From: Octopus sinensis
Taxonomy: Eukaryota
Assembly: GCF_006345805.1 (NCBI RefSeq)
Contig: NC_043000.1
Coordinates: 6,510,001-6,574,000 of the forward strand
Length of the DNA stretch: 64,000 nucleotides
Direction of reading: 5' to 3'
Of the stretch, positions 35,726-49,671 are shown one piece after another. Position 1 is the stretch's first letter. Each line of letters opens with the position of its first letter. The notes below the pieces were generated by a model. It did no database searches, had not been told where the DNA came from, and saw nothing but the letters and a program-made list of their open reading frames with translations. The translations under genes were made by a program, and so were the position numbers.

Positions 35726-36282
35726 AAATGCCCTGATGCAGTACCAGGCAGTGGCTCTTGTGGCTTCTGATCTTAACTGATTAGAAGTGTTATCATGAAC
35801 ATTGATTTGTCTTGGTATAAAAGATGGACTACAGCAAATATTCTGCTCAATACCACAGATTTGCTTGTCAGTTGTTTGACCTTAACCAGTTGAGCATGTC
35901 CCTTAGTGGCTGACAATATGTGCATCTCTTATCATGAGCAGAAGTAGTGGGGGAGCATCATAGCCATGTGTTGAGAGGGATTCTTGGGGTTTGAATAGTT
36001 CACCTCTGGAAACATGGGTGTTTCGTTCAACATCCTTAAACAACCCTTATTCAGGGACCTTTTGAGTGGGATGGGCTACTCGACCAGAACAAAATTCTAA
36101 CTGGGCCCCACGTGCAAGGTCATGTGCTGTTTATCTTGATATGAGATCACCATGTCGCGCACATATGGTTGTGATGCATGTGCCTAGTGTACCCTTATCA
36201 GACGGGTAGTCATGATGGGTATACTGGGCTTCGTATATTTTACCCCAGTGTCACTTTGATGGCATGAACTGCTCTCTTACTC
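35726..36282. mobile_element. Family E (TAA)n-flanked element, copy 2
   Basis: See 2744-3266. Confidence 0.85.
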
Positions 36283-36317
<35 letters not shown>

Positions 36318-37149
36318 TGATGATGATGATAATCTTTTACTTTTAATTGATTGCAATCATGCTAGGGCTCTGCCTTGAAGGCTTTAGCTGAATGAATTGA
36401 CCTCAGGACTTTTTTTTTCTTTTAAGCCTGGTATTTATTCTATTTGTCTCTTTTGCTGAATCACTAAGTTATGGGAAAGTAAACAAACCAACACCAGTTG
36501 TGAACCAGTGGAGGAAAACAAATAAAAATACAAAGGCACATACATATAGATAGGTAGATAGATACATACATACATACATACATACATAATGTGTACGTGT
36601 GTGTGTGTGTGTGTGTGTGTGTGTACAATGAGCTTTCAGTTTCTGTCTACCATATCTACCAAATGTCTACCATATGTTCTGAGTTCAAATCCAAGGTTGA
36701 TAAAATAAAGTACCAGCTAAGTATTGTGGCTGATGTAATCAACTGTTCTCGTGTCTCCAAATTTTGGGGCCTTAATACCTGTTAGAAATCATAGCTATTA
36801 TTATCATTAAGGAGGTATGCAAGGTGCTGGGCAAAATGCTTAGCAGTATTTCTCAAGGCATTGTTTGACCTTCAGCTATAGTAGAAAACACTTACCGAAG
36901 GTACCACACTGTGGGACTGAACCTGGAACCATGTGGTTGGGAGACAAACTTTTTTACCACACAGTCAATTACTCACCTGGTACTTATTTAATAAACCACT
37001 AATAGGATGAAAGGCAAAAATGGTCTCGGGGGCAAAAAGAGGAAGGAATGGTCATTAAGCATTTTGTCCAGTGCTAAAAACTCTGGCAGCTCACCTCCTT
37101 AATAACGGTTTCAACTTCTGGCACAAGGCTAGCAATTTTGGGGAAGAGC

Positions 37150-37448
37150 ATAAGTTATTGTCACCTGCACAGGAACCAATCCAGCGGCACTGGCAACGCC
37201 CTCGCTCAAATGTTGTTTTTCATGTACCACCAGCACATGTGCCAGTAAGGTGACGCAGGTAACGATCACACTTAAATGGTGCTTTTTACGTGCTACCGGC
37301 ACAGGAACCAGTCAGTGGCCCTGGCAACGATCACACTCGGATGGTGCTCTTAGCGCTCCACTAGCACGGATGCCAGTCATGCGGTGCTGTCATCGAATTT
37401 AATTTTGATGACTGGCATCTGTGCTAGTGGAGCGCTGAGAGCACCATC
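37150..37448 (-). mobile_element. RTE-tail-type repeat with ~70-bp subrepeats ending in a 41-bp-arm hairpin, copy 1
   Basis: Hairpin arms at 37340-37380 and 37408-37448; same structure at 42455-42989. Confidence 0.8.
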
Positions 37449-37670
37449 TATATATATATATATATATGAAAATACAAAATGGGACAAGAACGCAAAACAT
37501 CCAGACAGTTAGGTGATACAAGAAAGGGACAACTTATTTCATTGACCCCGAAACAACAAAAGGCAATGTTGACCTCGGCAGAATTTGAACTCAGAACATA
37601 AAATATTGCTGAGCATTTTGCCCAGTATATTAACAATTCTACCAGCTCGCTGCCTTGCTTACTTCCTTAA

Positions 37671-37891
37671 CCTTTTCATTACTGTATTTATTTTGAAAAG
37701 CTTTGTATTTCTTTCGATTACTTTAAATATAACAAAGAATTTAGTAAAATAACTTAGTTATCATTAATCTAGTGTTAGGAACATAAATTGTGACTAAGGT
37801 TTGGTGGAAGATTTTAATTTGATACTTATGAAAACAAGACATTTATACTACAGAGCCAGAGGCGGTTTCAACTATGTTGGCATCGAAAGGG
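37671..37891. mobile_element. piggyBac-like MITE, inverted relative to 5361-5627
   Basis: TTAA|CCTTTT...AAAGGG|TTAA ends. Confidence 0.8.
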
Positions 37892-37909
37892 TTAATGATA
37901 ATAATAGCT

Positions 37910-40140
37910 ATAAATTCTAACAGGCATTAGGCCCAAAATTTGGAGACACAAGAACAGTTGATTATATCAGCCACAGTACTTAATTGGTGCTTTATTTTAT
38001 CGACCTTGGATTTGAACTCAGAACATAAAGGGCTATAATTAATTATCACAAAGGATTTTGCCAGACACTCAACACTCTGTGATGATGAAAACAATGATAA
38101 TAATTATTTCCAATTTTTAGCACAAAATCAGCAGTTTTAGGTGTTAGGTGTGGTCAATTACATCAACCTTAGTTGACTGGCAGTTTATTTTATCAACCCA
38201 GAAAAAATGAAAAGCGAAGTTGACCTCAGCAACATTTGAACTCAGAATGTAATGAGCTGGAAGAAATGCTACTAAGAATTTCGCCCAACATGCTAACGAT
38301 CCTGCTAACTCAAATAATTGCTTTTAATATGGGCACAAGGCCAGAAATTTGTGGTAGTCGGGTTAGCAAATTCTATTGACCCCACTACTTAATTGGTGCT
38401 TCTTTCTATCAATCCCAGATGGATGAGAAGCAAGGTTGACTTGGGTGGGGTTACAATTTAGAACGTAAAGAGCAGGAACAAATGCTACACTTTTTCTTTC
38501 CAATGCTCTAATGATTCTGCTAATCCATCATCATCATCATAATAATAATGATGCTGATGATGATGATGATAATGATGATGATCCTTCCTACAATTGGCAC
38601 AAGGCCTGGAATTCGAGGGGAGGGGGGTGGATGATCACATCAACCCCAGTACTTGACTGGTACTTAATTTATCGAGCCTGAAAGGATGAAAGGCAAAGGT
38701 GACGTCAGCGGAATTTGAACCCTGAACGTGAAGGCAAAGGAAATGCTGCTAAGCATTTTGCCTGGCATGCTCATGATTCCACTAACTCACTGCCTTACAA
38801 TAATAATAATAATATAATAATAATAATAATAATAGTAATAATGGTTTCAAATTTTGGCACAAAGTCAGCGATTTCAGTGGAAGGGGTAAGTTGATTATAT
38901 TGCCCCCAGAGCTTAGCAAGTACTTATTTCATTTTATTTTATTGATTCTGGAAAGTTGAATGTCAAGATCAACCTCGGCGGAATTTGAACTCAGAATGTA
39001 AAAATGGATGAAACATCACTAAACATTTTGTTTGGCTTGCTAATGATTCTGCTAGCTTACAACCTTTCAATGATAATAAAAATAATAATCTTTTCTACTA
39101 TAGAAATTTAGGGGAGGGGACTAGTTGATTACATTGACTCCAGTGTTTCACTGGTACTTAGTTTATCGACCCCAAAAGGATGAAAGGCAAAGTTGACCTC
39201 AGCGAAATTTGAACTCAAAACAGGCAAAATACCACTAAGTATTTCATCCAGTATGCTTACGATTCTGCCAGCTCACCATCTTAAATAAACCAGACTTAGT
39301 GTTAATTGAGAAAGAAAGCAAATGAAGCTGGATCATAGATATAACATGCCCAGCTGACAACAAGGTATATGATAAGGAAGAAAGAAAAGTTGATAGATAT
39401 AACAGGTTAGCTTAAGAGGTTAAGCAGTTGTGGATGCTGAAGAGTTAGTAGAAAACAGCACTGTTTGGAACCGCTCAAATACTCCGGATGGTGCTCGAAA
39501 AATAAGGGTGTTACATTAGTTCACTGGTAGTGAACAGTTGATACCATTGTACATCTCCAGCGTTAGAAGCTGTGCAAAGGCAATAAGATAATTATTATTA
39601 TTGTTGCTATTATTTCTACTCTAGGTACAAGGCCTTGAAAATTTGGGGGAAAGGGGGCTAGTCGATTATATCAATCCCAGTGCATAACTGGTACTTATTT
39701 CATTGACCCTGAAAGGATGAAAGGCAAAGTCAACTTCAGCAGAATTTGATCTCAAGACGTAGTGGCAGATGAGATACTGCTAAGCATTTCGCCCAGCGTG
39801 CTAACGATTCTGCCAGCTCGCCACCTTAATTATAATAATGATGATGATAATGATTTCAGTTTTTGGCACATGGCCAGAAATTTCGGGGCAGGGATAAGTT
39901 GATTACATCAACCCCAGTACTCAACCAGTACTTATTTTATCAACCCTGAAAAGGTGAAAGGCAAAGTTGACCTTGTCAGAATTTGAACTCAGAATATGAA
40001 GACAGATGAAATACAACTAAGCATTTTGCAATGTGTGCTAATGATTCTGCCATTTTGTCACCTAATGATGATGATGATGGTTTCTTTATTTTATCTAGGT
40101 TTCTTACATTGGCACAAGGCCCAACGATGCGGTGGGGGGG
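37910..40140 (-). mobile_element. Head-to-tail array of about eight family B SINEs plus one partial, separated by (TAA/TGA)n
   Basis: Copies near 37915, 38105, 38325, 38585, 38843, 39085, 39610, 39852 and 40095, all in the same orientation and each with different mutations. Confidence 0.85.
39294..39590 (+). mobile_element. R4/Dong-clade (restriction-like endonuclease) LINE 3' remnant
   Basis: Translates as IDITCPADNKVYDKEERKVDRYNRLA*EVKQLW...KTALFGTAQILRMVLEK*. Confidence 0.75.
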
Positions 40141-40371
40141 GGACAGGGCACAAAAACACAAATGTGATGCAACAGAGAACAAAGCAACGGAGCCCCCACA
40201 AGAGCTGGCTGTAAGAGTTGATTTACCAGTTACTTAATTTATCACTCACAGCACCAGCCTTACCACTGCTACTCCAACCACCACCACCACCACTGCCACC
40301 ATCACTCTCTGCCACCACTTCCACAATCATCACCACTTCTATCTCCACTATCAACATCATCCACAAACACC

Positions 40372-40405
<34 letters not shown>

Positions 40406-40759
40406 CTTCCACCCCCCACTTTGCCATCATCACACCCACCACTACCACCACACTGCCACAACCTTTACAACCATCACCACCACCATCAACACCACCACCA
40501 CTACCATCAACACCACCACCATCAATACCATCACCACCACCATCATCACCACTCCCCTAACACCATTGTTGCTTGGTAATTGGTGGAAGGTAAGTCAACG
40601 ACCCCTAAATTCTGAATTCAGTATTCTGAGGGATAAAACTGGGTCCTAAGGGCTTTTTTTTTATTAGTATTGTTTATTTATTTATTTATATTCTTCAGTC
40701 TTGCTGGCTCTTGAGTGTCCAACCATTCTATTTTGGTATGGTAACAATAATGAAAGCAT

Positions 40760-40941
40760 TGTGTGACTGCGTTATGCTCTCTGTGTGTGTGTGTGTGTGT
40801 GTGTGTATAGGTATATGTAGGTGTATGTGTGGGAGTGATTTTCGTGGTGTGTGTGTTTATGTGTGAAAGGGGGTTGGAATTTCTTTTGAACACATGAAAT
40901 GTGTCAGTATGCTTGCATGCATGTTTGTGTGTATGTGTATG

Positions 40942-40983
<42 letters not shown>

Positions 40984-41409
40984 CGTGCATGCGTGTTCGT
41001 GTGTGTATGTGTGTAGATGTGTGGATGTCTGCATGCTTATGTGTGAGAATGTGCAGTGTATGAATGTGCAAATGTGTATGAGTGTATACACTTAATGTGT
41101 TTATGCATGTAAAAGAAATTCCTTGTGTGTTCATATGTTGTGTTTGTGTGTGTGCATGCATATGTGAATATGTGTGTGTGTGTTTGAGTGCATGTGTATG
41201 TGCATATGTGTGTGTATGTGTGTATGTTTGAGTGCATATTGTATTAATATGTATGTGAGTGTGTGTGCATTTGTGTACTGTGTTTATATACTCGTGTGTG
41301 TGTATGTGTGTGTTTCTGTGTGGGTATGTATGTGTGTGTGTGTGCATGTGCATGTGTGTTCATCTATGAGCTTGCAAATCAGAGGGAATCTGTTGTGAGC
41401 TTTTGCATT

Positions 41410-41485
<76 letters not shown>

Positions 41486-42150
41486 TGTGTGTGTGTGTGT
41501 GTGAAGGAGAGCAGGTTTGTGAAAGTGTGCATTGTAAGTAAATGCATGTGTGAGAGAGAGAGAGGGAAAGAGAGATAAACAGGCAGAGAAGGAGGGAGAA
41601 AGGGAGAGAAGGAGGGATATGCATTGCCCGAGTATATGTGAAGTGTCAAGGCAATGGTGGTGGTGGTGGTGGTGGTAGTGGTGGTAGTGGTGGTAGTGGT
41701 GGTGGTGGTGGTGTGGTGTGGTGGTGGTGGTGGTATTGGCGGTGGCGGTGGCGGTGGTTGTTATGATGGTGATGTTGGTGGCTGTGAAGCTGCTAATATT
41801 AGCAGATGTAGTGATGATACCAGTGATGGTGGTGATGGTGGTGGTAGTGGTGATGGTGCTGGTTGGTGGTACTGATTGTGGTAGTGATGCCAGTTGTGCT
41901 GGTGATGTTGGTTGTGGTGGTGGTGCAGGCTGTAGTGTCTTGGTTGTAGTGGTGGTGGTGGTGGTGGATGTCATGGTGGTGGTAGTTGTGGTGGTCATAC
42001 CTGTTGTGGTGAGGGTGCTGAATATGGTGATGATACTGGTTGGTCTAGTGTGATGGTGGTAGTTGTGGTGGTGGTGCAGATTGTAGTAGTCTTAGTTGTG
42101 GTGGTTGTGGTGGTGGTGGATGTGGTAGTAGTGGTGTCGGTCATTGTGGT
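40760..42150. repeat. Degenerate (GT)n field followed by a (GGT/GAT)n field
   Basis: Visible directly in the sequence. Confidence 0.9.
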
Positions 42151-42417
42151 GCTGGCAGTAGCAGCATCAGGAGTATATGTAAGAATGACCCATTGTTGGG
42201 GATGACTATGAAAGTTACAAGATAATTAAAACAGGTAAAAATGGAAAGTCATTATTACTATGTACAGGCACAGGTGTGGCTGTGTGTAAGAACCTAGAAC
42301 CACATGGTTCTAGGTTCAGTCTCATTGTGTGGCACCTTGGACAAGTATCTTTTACAATAGCCCCAAGCTGACTAAAACCTTTTGAGTGGATTTGGTAGAC
42401 GAAAACTGAAAGAAGCC

Positions 42418-42453
<36 letters not shown>

Positions 42454-42454
42454 T

Positions 42455-42989
42455 CATTATCATCATCATCATCGTTTAACGTCCGCTTTCCATGCTGGCA
42501 TGGGCTGGATGGTTTGACTGGGGACTGGTGAGCCAGATGGATGCACCAGGCTCCAATCTGATCTGGCAGAGATTCTACAGCTGGATGCTGTTCCTAATGC
42601 CAACCACTCTGAGAGTGTAGTGGGTGCTTTTATGTGCCACAGGCACAAGGGCCAGTCAGGCAGTACTGGCAACGGCCATGCTCAAATGGTGTTTTTATAT
42701 GTCACCTGCACAGGAGCCAGTCCAGCAGCACTGGCAACGACCTCGCTCAAATGTTGTTTTTCACGTACCACTGGCACAAGTGCCAGTAAGGCAATGCTGG
42801 TAATGATCATGCTCGAATGGTGCTTTTTACGTTCCACCAGCACAGGGGCCAGTCAGCAGCCCTGGCAACGATCACGGTCAGATGGTGCTCTTAGTGCTCC
42901 ACTTGCACGGATGCCAGTCATACGGTGCTGTTATTGAATTTGATTTTGATGACTGGCATCCATGCTAGTGGAGCACTAAGAGCACCATC
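42455..42989 (-). mobile_element. RTE-tail-type repeat with four ~70-bp subrepeats ending in a 41-bp-arm hairpin, copy 2
   Basis: Hairpin arms at 42881-42921 and 42949-42989; (CAT)n tail at ~42455. Confidence 0.85.
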
Positions 42990-43043
42990 TATATATATAC
43001 CGAGTAAGAGCTTTTGTTACATTTCTGCTGCTTTTAAATAAAG

Positions 43044-43074
<31 letters not shown>

Positions 43075-43205
43075 CAAAATGGGACAAGAACGCAAAACAT
43101 CCAGATACACGATACAAAGGAAACAAGGACGGGTCATTTGGAGTTTTCTTTCCTCAGTCGAGTTCCAGATTATCTTTGCAATTTCGGTTGGCTATATATG
43201 TATGT

Positions 43206-43248
<43 letters not shown>

Positions 43249-43406
43249 TATACATACATACATACATATATACATACATACATACATACATATATATATA
43301 TACACACCTATATATATATACATATATATATACATACATATATACATACATACATACACACATATATATATATAACACCTATATATATATACATATATAT
43401 ATATAC

Positions 43407-43451
<45 letters not shown>

Positions 43452-44664
43452 ACATACATATATACACATATATATATGCTATATATATATATATATACAT
43501 ACATATATACACATATATATATGTATATATATATATAATATTTATATATATATGTGTGTATAAATACATATATGTGTTAGTGTGTATATGCATGTATATA
43601 TATATATGTGTGTGTATGTCTATAAGTGTGTGCATGTATGTATATGTGTATATAGCATGTGCTGTGTGTTACTGTCTTCTTGCCTTGACTGCACGTGATA
43701 GTTGTAAGCGAGTGTCACTGTCATACCAGCAGTGTCCTTTATTACCAACCTTTTGGGACATGTCTGATCATGGGGAAATACTATCTTACTTGGAAACAGG
43801 ATGGGTATCCAGCAGGAGAAAATCCACCTCATCAAATTCTTTTTTCTTTCTTGCCCACAAGGAGCTAAACATAGAGGGGACAAACAAGGACAGACGAAGG
43901 GATTAAGTCGATTACATCGACCCCAGTGCGTAACTGGTATTTAATTTATCGACCCCGAAAGGATGAAAGGCAAAATCAACCTCGGCAGAATTTGAACTCA
44001 GAACATAACGGCAGACGAAATACCACTAAGCATTTTGTCCGGGGTACTAACATTTCTGCCAGCTCACCACCTCATCAAATTCTGTCTGACGCATGCAAGC
44101 ATGGAAAAGTAGACATTAAGATGATGATAACAATGATGATGATGATGATGATGACAATGTTAACAACGACGATGATGATGATAATAATGATGATGCTGCT
44201 GATGATGATGATTACTATATATTATTATTGTATATTTTTTTCCTCATAGAAATACATAAAAGTTTAGTTTCTTACTACTTAGAAAACATACATAAAATAT
44301 TCAATGCTAACAAACATTAGAGCCAATTACAATCTAGAAGGCACATATTAGCCATTTCAAAACACAAAGACTGTTAACTCCATTAAAGACTGTTTACATT
44401 TATTGTGTAGTATCAAAATGTTTGTCACACCAGTTGCAACCTGGTCACTGATATGGTTCCATTGCATCTAATTTGGGGCCAGATTACTGTCAGTATATAC
44501 ATATATATATAGGGTTCTGGGTTATAAATATATTTTCATCAATTGACCTTTAGCACACTGTAGATGCATCATGTCACCATACAAGTTTACTCCCTTTCAA
44601 TGCAACACATTGCTCTTGCAGCTACAAGGGGAGAAAGCCCTTACTGTGCCATGATGTATGTTAG

Positions 44665-44998
44665 GGCTAAAGGGTAAAGGTCATGAATGATCATAGAATT
44701 GCACCTAGAAATTTCACCTCCAAGGCACAAGTCCAGGCAAAGTTTTTTATGGAAGACCAGAAGTCGCCCATGCATACCGGCCTCCTCTCTCCATGCTACC
44801 AATGTTATCCAAGGGAAAGGCAAAGGCTGATACAGTTTGGCACCAGTGATGTTGCAACTCATTTCTACAGCTGAGTGAACTGGAGCAACGTGAAATAAAG
44901 TGTCTTGCTCAACAACACAACACACACCCAGTCCAGGAATCGAACTCACTACTTCATGATTGTGAGCCCAATGCTCAAACCACTGAGCTATGTGCCTA
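44665..44998 (-). mobile_element. SINE family C (subfamily shared with 62819-63150)
   Basis: Reverse-complement head gctcagtggtttgagcattgggctcacaatcatgaagtagtgagttcgattcc. Confidence 0.8.
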
Positions 44999-45765
44999 CA
45001 TCCTAAAGGTTTAAACGAAGACTGGAATTTGTGGTTTTATTTTAATGTTATTTTAATACTTCTATGTATGTATTTCTCATTTAGAATAAAGCATCAGCTC
45101 ACCGACAACTGAAAGCCGAAATACGCTTCAAGAGAACTTGGTTTGGATTATAACCCATCGATATATTATGCTTTTATCTCTATAGATCAGCCATCCTGGT
45201 TGTCATTGCTTGGTGATAATAGTTGGTCAGTTAACATGATATTCGGTTGTAACTCACAAGTTTTCTCTTTCCTCTTTCTTTGAGATTGTAAAGAACGGCA
45301 AGTCAGATATGAACTAAAAGAAGAGAATCTATCAGTCTACAACCACAGGCTGACACAAACTGTATGAGGTGCATGGGGAGCAAAACACAGTGTCAGATCA
45401 AATCACTTGCCAGACAAGTACATCTCCAAAAACCATTAGTGAACTCCCGAGAAATATTTACAGATACAATTCTTCTCCTATAGTATATATTCTGTTATTC
45501 TCTCTACTACCATACTCTCATAATTAAAAATCTGCTCCTCATTCACAGCTGAGTGAACTGGAACAATATGAAATGAAGTGTTTTGCTCAAGAACACAAAG
45601 TGCCACTTGGTCTAGGAATCGAAAACACTGTCTTGTGACCATGAATGCAGCTCACTAACCACAAGGTTACATACCTCCACAACCAGAGGTTATACCTTGT
45701 GTTTATATAAGAACTTTCAGCCTTCATCTTTTGGCAATTTCATTATTTCTTAAGTCACATACTTA

Positions 45766-46027
45766 AAAAAATAAATAAATGCGCCCTTTTAAAGCCTAGC
45801 TAGGCTCATGGGCCCAGTTTCCCAGTTTCTATGGCGTATGTGTTCCCCAGCTGGACGGGACGCCAGTCCATCACAGCGTTACTCATTTTTACCAGCTGAG
45901 TGGACTGGAGCAATGTGAAATGAAGTGTTTTGCTCAAGAACACAATGCATCGCCCAGTCCAGAAATTGAAACCACAATCTTACGATCGTGATGCTGACAC
46001 CCTAACCACTAAGCCACGCACCTCCAC
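45766..46027 (-). mobile_element. SINE family C with a 15-bp TSD
   Basis: TSD taagtcacatactta at 45751-45765 and 46028-46042. Confidence 0.92.
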
Positions 46028-46637
46028 TAAGTCACATACTTAGCATATGTAAATAGAACAAATTATACACTATGTATATTATAAAAATGTTTGGCGTTAT
46101 TGAAGACATTGTTGAAGATAATTCTTTTTTCTCAATTTGTTATTACAATTGATTATTCACTACATTTATCAAAATACAATCTCAACACCCTTGCCATTTG
46201 TGTAACGGAGAATTTACATCAGCCTTGTTTTATGCTACTTAGCAATCTATCTGCATGGTAAAGTTCCATCACATCATCACATTATCATTTTGTAAAACAG
46301 GTGGAGGTTTCATATAAATACCACAGAGCTTTTCTTTTATTTAAGGAACTGAAATTGGGTGTCTAGGTGTTCGATAGAGCAGCTTAGCTTTGCTATGTTA
46401 CTGTGTCTCTCAGTATATTTCATGGTAACTGGTTGTAGGACATTCTGATGGAATGCTGTGTGTTTGTTAACAGAAAATATATCACATGCACAACAGCAAT
46501 TGACATCTGTATTGGAGAAATTGCAGGTATGGTGTGTTTTGTAGGTAAATGTGGCTTGTAGATGTATGAGAAGCTACTGATATTAATTAAACAATGCAGT
46601 AGCGAAAAATATCAAAAACTGTCAGAACAGCAACTGT

Positions 46638-47520
46638 CATCATCATCACCACCACCACCAACACCACTACCATCATCATCATCATCGTCGTCATCATCAT
46701 CATCCTCATCACCACCACCACCACAACTACCATCATCATCGTCGTCATCATCATCATCACCACCACCACCACCACCACCACAACTACCATCATCATCGTC
46801 GTCATCATCATCATCATCACCACCACCACCACCACCACTACCATCATCATCGTCACCATCATCATCATCATCATCATCATAAACATCATCATCACCACCA
46901 CTACCATCATCATCGTCATCGTCATCATCATCATCATCACCACCACCACCACCACCACCACCACAACTACCATCATCATCGTCGTCATCATCCTCATCAT
47001 CACCACCACCACCAACACCACTACCATCATCATCGTCATCGTCATCATCATCATCATCATCATCACCACCACCACCACCACCACAACTACCATCATCATC
47101 GTCGTCATCATCATCATCATCACCGCCACCACCACCACCACTACCATCATCATCGTCGTCATCATCATCATCATCATCATCATCATCACCACCACCACCA
47201 CCACCACCACCACTACCATCGTCGTCGTCGTCGTCGTCGTCATCATCATCATCACCACCACCACCACCACTACCATCATCATCGTCATCGTCGTCATCAT
47301 CATCATCCTCATCACCACCACCACCACCACCACCACAACTACCATCATCATCGTCGTCATCATCATCATCATCATCATCACTACCACCACCAACACCACT
47401 ACCATCATCATCATCGCCGTTGTCATCGTCATCATAATCATCACTGCTACCATCATCAGGGTCATCGTTGTTGTCGTCATCATCATCATCATCATCATTA
47501 TCATCTTCAACAACAACATT
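46638..47520. repeat. Higher-order trinucleotide repeat: about 15 units of (CAT/CGT)n(CAC)n(AA)CTAC
   Basis: Visible directly; one minus-strand frame reads DDDDDDGS(C)GGGG repeats. Confidence 0.9.
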
Positions 47521-47954
47521 CTCATCTTTTGATGTCCCTCTTCCATAACAGGATCCAACAGAACCAAGGATTCCTCCATCCTCCAACATCTGCTTTAGCA
47601 TGATTACTAGGGTTGGATGCCTTCCTAATACCAACCTCTCTACAGAGTGTTCTGCATGCATTTTTTTCATGGCACCAGCACAAATGAGGTCACCAAACAG
47701 TTTGCAAGACTAAGATCCCCTTCAAGATTTTTTTCTTTTTTTTTAAACTTTTGCTTTTTTCTCCCCCCTCCCCCCGATTTGGGTTTTAATATTCTATCCT
47801 CTTAACAAATGAAGTGACAAAGATAAGTAAGTATTTATCATAAACTGATAAATGTTGTTATTGCTGCACCATTTAGTCAGAAAGAGCCAGTTTCACTTAT
47901 TTTATGTATGGACATTCAATGTGTATAAATATTGACCATTATAGATGCAAGCAT

Positions 47955-48164
47955 GGCTATGTGGTTAAGAGGCTACTTTTCCCAATCATGTGGTTTTCAG
48001 TTCAGTCCCACTGTGTAGCACCCTGAGCAGGTGTCTTTTACTATAGCCTTGGGTCAACCAATATCTTGTGAGTGAATTTGATAGATGGAAACTGTGTGGA
48101 AAACTGTTGTACATGTATATCTGTGTGTGTGTGTGTGTGTGTGTCTGTGTCTGTGTGTGTATGT

Positions 48165-48201
<37 letters not shown>

Positions 48202-48400
48202 ATCCTCCCACCACAACTTCACATCTAGTGTTGGTTTATATACATTCCTCTAACTTGGCAGTTTGACAAAAGTGATCAATAAAATAAATATCATACTTAA
48301 AAAAAATTAAGTACTGAGGTTGATTTGTTTGACTAAAACCATTCAAGGTGGTGCCCACAATGGCCGCAATCCAATGACTGAAACAAGTAAAAGATAAAAA
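47955..48400 (+). mobile_element. SINE family A, older composite copy
   Basis: Head, (TG)n and gactgaaacaagtaaaaga tail are present. Confidence 0.75.
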
Positions 48401-49671
48401 ATTTAAACACCTGTCTTTATAGTCGTTTGCCATAGTCATCATCTTATGTATCATAGGTTGTTCAAAATTTAATTCCGTTCCTCACAAAAATGTTGTTGTC
48501 ATGTTGATAATCTATTTGCTACTTTTGTACAATCACAGTGAAAAAGCTGCATAAGAAGCTTTTATTTTGAGTCAAAAACCATTGTGGGCAACATTGATAA
48601 CTGTCTCCTTAAAACTGCTCCTTCGTATTCAATCATAGCCCACCATTTTCTATTCCTGAAAACATGTGGCCAAGTGGTTAGAGAGTTGCACTCGTGATTG
48701 CAAGACCATGGTGTTTCGATTCCTGGACCAGGCAGTGCATTGTATTCTTGAGCAAAGCACTTCATTTCACCTTGTTCTAGTCCACTCAGATATAAATGAG
48801 TAACTCTGTGGCGATGGGCTGACATTCCATTTCAGAGGAACGTTGTGATGTTGGTCTCTTATATGTCACAGAAACCAAGTAACTGGTCCTATAAACCCAA
48901 GGATTCGAGGCAGTAATATCTTGAGATCTTCTCAACTCAAGATGTTCAGGATGTATAATTACTGAATGTCAGGCTTATTAAGATTAACTGGTACAAAGTG
49001 CTATTTTAGAAGATTTCTAGTGTTACAGTCATTAAAATCTAGGTTTGTTATGTTCCAATCCAGTGCTACACAACAACCATATGCTATGACTGGCTCTGCA
49101 ACAGTGTTAATGGCACAGATGGTATTTTTTGCTATGTAGATGAGTTAAAAGCTATATATCTTTTTTTTTTTCTCTTGTCAAAATATTCATTTTTCATTCT
49201 CCTTTACACAACTTTCACTCATACACACATACAGGTTTACTTTCTTCTATGCCCAAATGATTATAGAAAGCTGAAGAGTCTGATCTTGTCTACTGTATTA
49301 TCTTCCCTTCATGCAGTTCCAAGTCACTGTTTCATTGTGTTGCCATCCTTGTTGCTTGTTTCCAGCCGAAAGGACATACAGAAATATAAATATCTCTGCT
49401 AGACTGCAAGACAATACTGATGAGTTTAGTCTTTCTTTTCTCTATAACACAAATTGGTTTTTAAATTTATTTTGGAATAACACTATGAATATTCCTCTGA
49501 GGTTGGAACTTACAATATATTATATTGTTGGTGATTTCAATAACTGTCTGCTACTTCTTCTAATGTCTTATTAATATACTTCACCATGATGTAATGAAAT
49601 TTGCCACTTTAACCATTTTGAAGAGCTAGTTAGGTGGAACCAAATCAACAGCCATTATCATTAGTTTTTCT

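Noticed and set aside
45090-45135. Plus-strand ...ctgaaagccGAAAT... hammerhead-like remnant
   Set aside because: The CUGANGA box and helix I cannot be recovered.
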